DNA of 64,000 nt from Blasia pusilla. Lineage: Eukaryota. Within the stretch, counting starts at the first letter, position 1, and every line of letters begins with the position of its first letter. Below the pieces are notes generated by a model. It worked only from the letters and a program-made list of their open reading frames with translations, did not search any database and was not told the DNA's origin. Of this stretch, positions 49,877-64,000 are shown piece by piece. Location: NCBI GenBank assembly GCA_050084515.1, contig CM114271.1:39556001-39620000 (forward strand), in the 5' to 3' direction. A program made the translations under genes and the position numbers.

Positions 49877-52800
49877 CGTCACCAATTCCGCATACCCCAC
49901 ACACAATCTCTCGAGAGTAGTGCGCACTCCAACTTTGCAGCTCTCGCGCACAGCCCCACCGCCCAGTCCCACTTCAGAGCATCGACTGGCGATAACGCCG
50001 TATGCGCCCTTGTGAAATTCGCAAGTTCACAATCACGGAAGCGCGCGAAACAAGCAATCACTTGCCCTCCGACCAAATAAATATTCACTCTGCTATTCTC
50101 TGTCACTATTCGTCTCTTCACTCATACCACTGCACTTCCTACGATCGGACGACCTGAGGCCCGTTGAGTCTCCCTGTAAGCTTTTATACGGAGATATAGT
50201 AGGGCTAGTATAAACGGCGGGTTCGGCGGCCAATCGTAGAACAAGGAAGAAATGGTTTCTTTGACTATTGTTACGAGTAAGGTGCCCGGGTCAGGCGCGG
50301 GAATTAAAAGAAAAAGTGTGAACTTTTAGTGTTTTGTGAATAATAATAATAATAATGTTATATATAAATTTAGAAAATTGTCTTGTTATTTATGATATGG
50401 GAAATATTTTCTTGCTGCCTATAAGATAAGATGTGAAATATTTTCTTACATCCATGTGTCACGTGTCAAATAAAAAGTGTTTTCTAATTAAAAAGGTGCT
50501 CTCTAATAATAATATAGATGAGAAGCCCCGATTAATTATGTTATTCAAAAAATATTTTCTTGTTGCCCATATAAAAGGAAATATTTTCTTGTTCTCAATT
50601 ATTGAATGTAAGTAAAGAGGTGTTTGCAAATCAAGAAGGCACTCTCTAATGATAATGTAAATTTAAAAAATTAATTCATGTCATCCAAAAGAGGAAAAAA
50701 TCTTTTTCATCCTTACAAAAATGTTGTTCAGAGAACCGGCACACCTATTTTGGTTCTTTTTTTTCAGACGAAGATTCACTGTAACTAGGGCTCCTGGGGG
50801 CCTCCGAATTTGGTATTAATCGGGAATTGAGTGGCCCTAATAGTTATTAATTATATACATTTGTTATGTTTGAGATGTTCTTTGGGTTGGAGCTAATTGC
50901 ATGATAATTTTAGGTTCAAGATTTCCTCTTCATGGCTAAAACCCTTGCCTTGAGGATGACCAAAGGAACTTGCTTAGAGTATGATATTCAACTAGCACTT
51001 ATTCACTAGCATGTTCTACAAAATTAAACTTAGGAAAGCTACATGAGATAGAATATTTAACATGATGAACATACAAAATATTTTATATTTAGCTAGCAGA
51101 TCTTAATGCTACCCAAATAATTCTAGTTAGTACAAACAAGGCTAGAAGCAAGAACAGAGGATTATGGACTTGAGATTAGAGTTTGTAAATGTTGTCACGA
51201 AGCAACTGAGAATATGGTGTGATTGCTATCCAAATAAATAACAAAATCAATGCATATGGAGGATTTCCATTGAGGATCCCAAGGATAGAGAAATTTTAAT
51301 TCAAAAGAAAGTCCAATTCGCAAGTAGATCCCAAGTAAGACTAAGCCAATTTTGAATACCAAGCTTCCAAATTTCCAACCTCCAATAAAAGTTTGTTCTA
51401 CAATCAAACTGGAAAAGGTAACTGAAAAGAAGGGAGAAAAATACACTTGCTTACATCCGGATTATTCACTTTAAATTAGGCATGTATGAAAATCACAACG
51501 CATCCAACTATTGATCGATGGAGTCTACAAGAGTGGGTCTACAAAGCACACCTACTTCGTATTTTTGTATCATTTAATTTATCCACACCCAAAATATTTC
51601 ATTATGTTTTGGCCACTAAGCAATACTAAGAAAACTTAAGTGCTCGTGGGCCTTTAGTGATAAAAGTTAATCTTGACTCCTCATATCCCGAAATTATTTT
51701 CCTCCATCGGTAGAGTTTTTTGATGTTGAAAGACATGTACATGATCGAAGTTCATGGTATTATGATTTCTTCTTCCAAAATTATTCATTCAGTGTACAAG
51801 AGTGCATCTTCTTTATCAAAGATGAGTATGTGCATATGGCCAACCACTTTTTAAGGTAAGAATCAACGGATGACCAATAATGGTTTGTGGTTTGTAGTTC
51901 ATCTTTCTTATAAGTGGGATAACTCTAGGATTGTGATATTAGCTATAATAGATTGTAATTTCTCAAGATTTTGGCAAGTAGACAACTGATGGTATTTAAT
52001 CCCAAGTTTCTTTTATAAGACTTTATGTCTTGAGAAGATCTTATATTTTGACTAAATTGATTTCTATCTCTATCGACTACGGTGTTGATACAAAACAAAT
52101 TTTATTTACTCAACCCTCACTCAATCTAGTTCTTGCATGTTTTTCAAAGAATCCAAGTCTATTCATCTCAACAACTTCTCTAACTAGAGAAGTCCTTGAA
52201 TTGGTCCTTAGCATCCTTCAACTTTTGGTCTGCTTTAGCTAGGTTGGCCGAGTGACCTTGATTTTCCTCTTGCGTTAACTATAGAAGATCAGTGAGAATT
52301 GTAATCTCACCGGATAAATCCATAGCTCACTCCTCAATTTGGCTCAATACTAAAGATATGGATTGATAAACACAGAGAGAACTAGTTCCAGGCTGATGAG
52401 GCAACTGCAAAGCAGCTTGTACTCTCTTCCTATCTTCAATGTTGTTGGTGGATAGTTGCTAGGATGATGAACCTTGTATGTATCAAACCTTTCCCAACGT
52501 GAGGCTGGATCAATTCGGATCTACACACTCTATATGCATTGTTGAATTTTAAATAAGAAATGAGGTCAAATGACAATTAAGAATGTTGAGCCAAGTAGAT
52601 TTATGTGTTGATTGTAGTTGAACATTCTAGTTCTCACTTCAGCTACAATTCTAGTGCTATTGTAAGAACCTCTGCCATTGGTTGATCATAACATAACATT
52701 GTTGAGCCCTAATGGAGTGAACATATGGTAATGCAACTAGATTAGTATCATGTTGGTACAATGGAACATTGTCATCTTGTGAACTCTAAGTTGATGCCCT

Positions 52801-54822
52801 TATACCTCTTCCTCTAGTTGAGCTACCACATGTTGCCATCCATCTCTTCACTGTGCCTACAACAAACAATGTATATAAGCTTATGTAAAATAAGACTTGA
52901 TCAAACATTGCAAAATTTGAAGCGCAACAACATACCTCGTATTCTAATTTGCTCTCTTCTCCTAACTTGCGACAACATGGCAAATGTTAAGCGAGTGGAA
53001 AATTTTGACTTTAAAACTAGCAAGCAAGGACCATCAATTGTTGGGCCCTAACACTAATGTGTTGTCATTATATATCCTAAAACAAGTGGGAAGGACTTCT
53101 TGTTGTATTTCTAGTTTGAATCAAACCTAAAAGTAGAGAAGTTTGAGGTATTTTTCATAATGGACTTACAATTGGACTCAAGTTTAATAATAATGAGAAT
53201 TAGCTCATTATTCTCGTCTAAAATATTAAAAAGTATTCTAGAGGATCCATTAGCGGTTTGGGATTTTAGATTCATGTTCTAATAGTCGTAACCTTGCAAT
53301 GGATTGCAACAAATTAAATTTGGTGAAAAGCATCATCATTCATCCATGAATTAAATTCAGGTCATCCATAAGCGTTTGTAACTAATTCTACCGTGAAAAT
53401 GGAGGCATCTCCAAAAATTGTTTCAAAACTATAAGATTAAAAATGGTAATACCTTTGCAATGAATGAAAATTATTGTTGTATTTGAACTAATATATTCTA
53501 CAACCTCATTCTCTGAAATAAAGCAAGCATTTAGGCACTTATCTATCTACATCTGAATGGGCAATCTAGATCTGATAGAAGTTAGAAATTCATGATAGGC
53601 AAGATCATTTGAGTGATGTATGGTTGTGAATAAATCATAAGAATAAGCATCCCCTAGCAATGTAAACGGAGTGATATGATAGCCACAATAGTAATCTACA
53701 CGCCCAAGGCCACGCCCAAGTGGACCTTGGTAGAAATCTCTCAATACCATAATCAATTTATGACCATACAAAATTATGAGCACCATAATTAAGTTGAAAC
53801 TTCCTTCACACACTTTGCTATAATTTGAAGTTATTTCTATAGTTAACATTATAAATTCATCAATTGCAACTAACTAGGAAGACTCAAGTTTCATGTATGA
53901 ATCATAAGTAGTATGCATGGAGTGTAGATCATCACAAATTGGTATCCCAAACGTTCAATGAATGATACTTGCATTAGGATGGAGTCGGATTGTTGTAATA
54001 TTTGTTATTGCAACAAGTAGGGGGGGGACTTCCTTTGAACTTCCATGTTAGTTCACATGTGGTGGTTTCTTTGTGCTTTTCCATCTTAGTTCACGTTTTT
54101 GGGATGCATATACTTGGTTAAGTTGATGTATTGCATTTGATTTTAGTGACCCCGTCTTGCGGATTATCTTTTGTGATATAATTCCTTCCTTATTTGCCTT
54201 TCACTATTTCCTATAGAAGATTAGCTAAGTGGAATTGCACACACGGAATTGTGCACCCAAATCTTGTCCTTGGTCAAGCTTTCTTTCTTGATCCCTAGCT
54301 TTGTAGTTACATTTTTTACTATCTCACTTAAATAGCTATCCTTCTTAGATCAAATTCTACAACCGTAAAATGCGAGCTACTAGAGATTGGCTTTGACGGG
54401 AGGACCCCACAATTATGCTTACTCTTTTTGGTTTCTTTCTGCTTGTCTCTTGAGAATATGCGTGTTATTGGAGCCAACATCTTGCTTTAGACAACTATCG
54501 TAGGAGTGAAGCTCCCTAGAAACTTAATGCTAGAGTAGAGATAGGGTTTGCGACTTGATTAAGATTGTGCAAATATGCGCATATAAGGATTTGTCAAGCC
54601 ATTTTTTGAGTGAAGCTCAAAAGGCGATTGTATCCTTCAAGGAAATGTCAAGCTCCATATGAGTAGCGCCTCCAATATGGTAGATGTTCTACAGTCTCAT
54701 GGTAGTTTTTGCCTTTTGTTATGTTTTTGTAGCGTAGTAAATTAGTGTCTACCCTTGCTTTACCTATTCGTTGAAGCTTGATCATTTCTTTGACATGGAC
54801 TTGAGCGATGTAATGCGACTCG

Positions 54823-59160
<4,338 letters not shown>

Positions 59161-59289
59161 CTAAACTTACAATTGGCTAGAGTGTCTATCCCTTTTGCTA
59201 TGGCAATCATCTTGCAATTGAGATCTTGTGCTTCTTTCTACTATTTTTGTGTATGTTGACTTCTTTTATATTGGATGTAATTGCCAACC

Positions 59290-60380
59290 CAATTATTAAT
59301 CTTTTGCTTGATTAGGTTGTTGCATCATAAAGATATAGATTGGATCTACTAGGGGGTACAATAAGCAATTGACCAAGCCAACTACCAACAAGAATGGTTT
59401 GTATCTTGTTGCCAAATGCATGGAGTTATTATACTTAAACTCTGCCATAGGCAAATGCTTTGCCCAAGCTATTTGATCTACCAAAACGTAGTTTCATAGA
59501 TATTGGTACTCTTCAAGTGCTAAGTTGACACACACTACCTAACCCACAATGTTCGAGTGGTAACCCAAACTTAAGATTAGATCCTCTCCTAGTATCTTAA
59601 ACATACATATCCAAAATTTAGATATAAACTTGGTGTCCTAATCACATACTATCTCATATGGTAAACCCCGATGTTTGAAAACATTATCAAAGAAAAAATG
59701 AGCTCCTCCAACATCATAATTGTATTTCAAGTTGGAATGAAAATTCCTATATTTGAAAATCGGTCTACCATTACCATGATCAAATTAAAACCTTTTGATG
59801 TACTCAGGTTGTTCCACCATGAAATCAATAGCAACACTTTCCCATGGTCTGCCCGGAATTGGCAAAGGTTGTAGAAGCCATGGCGTCTTGCGATAGTTCC
59901 TTTGGTTCTTTCGACTAACCAAACACGATTGGATATACTTTATGGTGTCCTTGTCTTGAGAAGGCAAGTACGAATATTTCTTGAGAATCTCCAAGGTTGC
60001 TATGCACCTAACCTACATGTTCCACCCAAGGTGTATCTTGATGAACCTTGAGAACCTTGGTCCTTAAACTCTCAAGAACGTATATCCTTCGTTGCTTCCA
60101 TTTCAAAATATCGTCCACAAGTATAACGTGCCTCACACTTTCCCCCTTATTTATATAGAGCCTCAAACCATCCTTTTATTGGGAAATTCCATTTTTCTTG
60201 TAAATTTCCTTCACCAAGTTTCTCCAATCGGATTATAACACCCAAGTTCCTCTCAAGTATTGCTCACAAGGCTTTGGCTACCATACTCTCCTTGTTTGGC
60301 TTATAGAAAATTTGTATATCGAATCTCACTAGGTATTCTTGCTAATGGATTTGTTTTAGTGATAGTATTTTGACCCTCAT
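59290..60380 (-). mobile_element. Degenerate Ty3/gypsy integrase fragment
   Basis: LLQPLPIPGRPWESVAIDF and WAKHLPMAEFKYNNSMHLATRYKPF, with many disablements. Confidence 0.8.
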
Positions 60381-61949
60381 AGCCAAACGTGCAACGATGC
60401 AGAACATCAGAAGTGGGCTCACATTAGGATAGAAGCACGACAAAGTCTCTAGAATGAGACATAAGTTGTAAGCAAGATGCGAGCCTTGTTGGGCATCTCA
60501 AGTGATGATAGTTGTAACCTAGTAGAACGAGACCGCATGCCAAGCAAGACTTGAGAGGAGCTCAAGTCCCATAAGAGTTGGGCGCCTAAGGACCAAAGTA
60601 CCAAGAGTTTCAAGATGGCATTGAGTTTGTGCGTTTGAGACAAGTATAATCTCTAACCGCTTATGTATGTTAGTTTAGTGAAAAAATGAACTCACAGCCT
60701 AAGATAGAAGAGATTGCAAAGAAGATTATCTTCTTTAGTGGGCTTATGTTGTGCACCTCCTCCTCTTGAACGCCAATCTTTAGTGTTGCAGAAACGTACA
60801 TTCAATAGGATAAGCTCTCATTGCCGTTGTGCACCCAAACACACTCATGTTAGTTTGATCTAGGTCAATCAGCCTTATAATCCGTTGAGTTCTCAACTTG
60901 GCACCTCGTCAAGCTCAACCTTATCTAATTCCCCAACATGGACAAGTCTTCCAAGACTTGGGAAAGACTTTTTGGCTAGTCTAGGCACCTAAAACGGTGA
61001 ACGCCTAGCGGTCCCAACTGTTGAATGGACCTCGCATGAGCTCCAAAACCAAGACCCAATAATATGAGTCACAGGTTGGAATCCAATAAGGACCTTTGAA
61101 ATCTATTCTTTTGGACTTGGTTTGGGTTTTGAATCAACATAAAAACTCCGGATCCATTCTGTGCCCTTGGGTCGCCCCGTGGTGCCCCAAAGTGGGTTTT
61201 GAGTCCCAAGCACTCTTGGAGACCTTTCCCCTTACTAGTACTTATGGGGATCCTAGCCCTCCCCCTATTTTTGGGGAAGGGACACTCGGGCCCCACTTTT
61301 TGGCCCTCAATGCGACTCCCCATACAATTTTTTTTTCCAATATCTTAGCCCCTACTCATGCGCTTGCTAGGATCTTTAGTGCATTGGAATTGACTTTGCA
61401 TAAGATTTCCAACGCCATCTTATTTTTCCCAAAATAAGACTACAAATTATGGTCCAAAATATTGTTAAAGCCCCAAATGCTAATCACGTTCGAAATCTAG
61501 TTCTCACCTCTTTGGCAACTAACCTTCCTAGATTCAACTCCTCTCAAGTCTTGGTTCACGTTTGGTCCAGATTTCCTATTTGCGAAATAAATGCATGAAA
61601 CGCTCAACCTTTTTTGTGTCTTATCTCTTGTGTCTCTTCCAAGAGATCACTCCAATGCGCAAACTATCCTAGCGTGAGCCCCTTAGAGGCGCTTGTTTGG
61701 TTATGAGGATCACGACAACTTAAGCCAAGTGTTGAAAAGGCCTTCCTTTGAATGTTTGAGTTATCACAAACTTTCTTATAACTATTGAAACTAACAGAGC
61801 ATATTGGTGACAATGAGGTCCAAGTCCAAAGACCCTTTGAGCAATGATTTCAAGTGAGATTGGTTTGTGAGGTTCTTGTGAAAGAGAAGATGGTGAATAT
61901 CATTAGGAGGGCAAGTTTGACGGGTAGAGAAGATTGGTTTCTCTGCTTG

Positions 61950-62866
61950 ATGCGACAAGTAGAGATTGCAAGCAAAGCACGCAAAGATTAAGACTCACCT
62001 TTGATAAGACTCTTGGAAATACTGCAGAAAGTGGTGAAGGAATTTAGGAACGTCTTGAAGAAGGAGCTTCCGAATAAATTACCACCAATTAGGGAAGTCA
62101 CTCATAAGATTGAGGTGATACCAAGGTCTCAACCGCCCTCAAAGGCTCTGTATAAGCTCAATCAAGTTGAGCTTATTGTTGAAGAAGCAATTGGATGAGC
62201 TCTTGGAGAGGGGTACATCCACATCCACAAGTCACCTTTTGGCGCATTAGTTCTTTTTGAAAAAAGGAAGGATGGGAGGTTGAGGCTATATTTCAATTAT
62301 TGGGTGCTCGACAAAGTGACGATAAAGAATATTTATAGTCTCCTAAGGATATATGAGCTCTTTGATAGGTTGCTAGTTATAGGTGCTAAGTACTTCAGTA
62401 GGATTGACCTGAAGTCATGCTATTACCAGATTCGGATAGCGGAAGCTAATATGGAGAATATTGCATGCCGAAAAAAGATACGATTTGTTCAAATTTTTAG
62501 TGATATCTTTTAGTTTGTGTAATGCGCTTTCAACATTCACCACATTGATGAACTCCATCTTTCACGAGGAGATGGATGAGTATGTTATCATCTATATTCA
62601 TGACATATTGATCTATATGAAGTCACTAGAGAAGCATGCTTGACACTCGAAGGCGATGTTGTTAACACTTGTTAAGAGCAAACAAGTTGTACGAGAATGT
62701 GGAAAAGAGTGAATTTGGTTTGAGCAAGATAAAGCTTATGGATCATGTGGTTAGTGCATTTGGAATCAGTCAACATATGGATAGAGTCAAAGACATTGCT
62801 AATTAGAAACCTCCCTCCACTATGAAGGGGAAGAGAAGGTTCATTGGATCTATCCAATTTTACCAT
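61950..62866 (+). mobile_element. Degenerate Ty3/gypsy reverse transcriptase fragment
   Basis: ELPNKLPPIREVTHKIEVIP, KYFSRIDLKSCYYQIRI, FSLCNALSTFTTLMN and IYIHDILI (decayed YIDD). Confidence 0.82.
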
Positions 62867-64000
62867 GTCTATATATATAAGGAAATTTACAGGAATATAT
62901 AATGAGATCTTTTACACATTGGACCACAAAGTTTTCCAACATGACCATGACCCACGTAGAGGGTCATGAGAGATAATCTAACTTTTAAAAGTCTAGGAGG
63001 TTGAAAGCTTGAGAAGTACATTAAGTAAAGTCAATAAAGCTTTGAACATAATACGTATATTGCGAATGGCTACCTCTTTGACGTCTATATTGGTAGAGAC
63101 ATGAGAATCCAATCATGATTGCAGGTCAAAGGCCTACTTTTGACCCATGAACATAGGATGAACCTTATTGGTATCACTAAGATGGAACCAAGACTGAATT
63201 GTTGCAAGACTAGGGAAGCAAAAAGTCATGAGACAAGTCTAACGTTAGCCATTGGAAGTAAGGCCGTAGAGATCCACCAAAGTGAGATTAAGATGAGCAC
63301 AAAATCTTGAGACCAAAGGCTAGCAAACCAAGATTCATGCTAAGACTAGACAAGATGACCACTTGCTTCAAGGCAAGTCTCAAGAGGAAAGATGCAAAAG
63401 CACTCACGAGAACTAAGGATGAGTTAATATGGGTAAGAAATTAAGTCTTGAGGTTAGTTCTTGGTTGAGGCCACTTGGCTTGGGAATGGGATCATTCAAG
63501 ATGGATGATGGTGTTGTAAGACTAGCTATAAAACATGAATGGCAACAAGATGTGCTGCAAGACGCGAAATCATAAGTAGATAATGATGGTTAGTTATAAG
63601 ATGTACATAACATAAGCCAAGAAGCCACCAAGATCCTATGGAATAAAGATGTTGTGTTAAAAACTAGGAGACTTACACAAGTCATCTTGGGATCATTTCG
63701 TAACTGAAACCGATTCCAATACTTATTGAATAGCACTTTGCCCCGTCTGGCAGAGAAGGGATTTTGTGATAAATCATAAAAAATGTTAGACTCAAGATGC
63801 ATTTGGGATGAATAAGGTGGTGTTGGAAAGCTTAGGAGAAGAAAATTCCCAACGCACTAAAGATCTAGAAAAACTCATTAGTAGAGATTGAGAAACCACC
63901 CCTGAACTATCAAAATGATAGTTGCGTTAAGGGCCACAATTAAGGAACAGCCTAAGAGGAATTTTCCAAAGGTTGGGAGGGGTGGAAATACATAGAACTG

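Noticed and set aside
51500..54500. Faint minus-strand traces of a PIF1/Helitron-like helicase
   Set aside because: Too decayed to support by eye; a translated HMM search (PIF1, Helitron_like_N) would decide.
60380..61720. Possible solo LTR ending in CACGACA between the two gypsy fragments
   Set aside because: No partner LTR, clear 5' boundary or TSD found in the window.

Overview
Eukaryotic, intron-containing plant DNA, most like a non-seed land plant such as a bryophyte (inferred from gene and TE content). No rRNA, tRNA or CRISPR features were seen. I could reconstruct seven host genes by splicing the ORF track: a 2-exon short-chain dehydrogenase of a bacterial/fungal-looking subfamily (+, 3298-4260); three paralogous secreted PLAT/LH2-domain genes (-, about 6.2-7.3, 24.6-25.8 and 28.8-29.7 kb); a 5-exon GDSL esterase/lipase (-, 31593-34292); a 6-exon ERV1 sulfhydryl oxidase (-, 38759-44982) with a decayed Ty1/copia element in a 4.5 kb intron; and a 5-exon GPN1 GTPase (-, 47636-49876). 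The rest is mostly TE-derived: a near-complete chromovirus (Ty3/gypsy) with damaged ends and a self-derived filler, hAT MITEs with 8-bp TSDs, possible non-autonomous Helitrons, an RTEX-like LINE sitting between two long (CT)n tracts, old gypsy fragments, two minisatellite arrays and several palindromes. I see no clear-cut new biological system. The best leads are the (CT)n-embedded LINE, the apparently integrase-independent chromovirus insertion, the divergent PLAT cluster beside a GDSL lipase, and the possibly horizontally acquired SDR. All family assignments come from motif recognition, not database searches.
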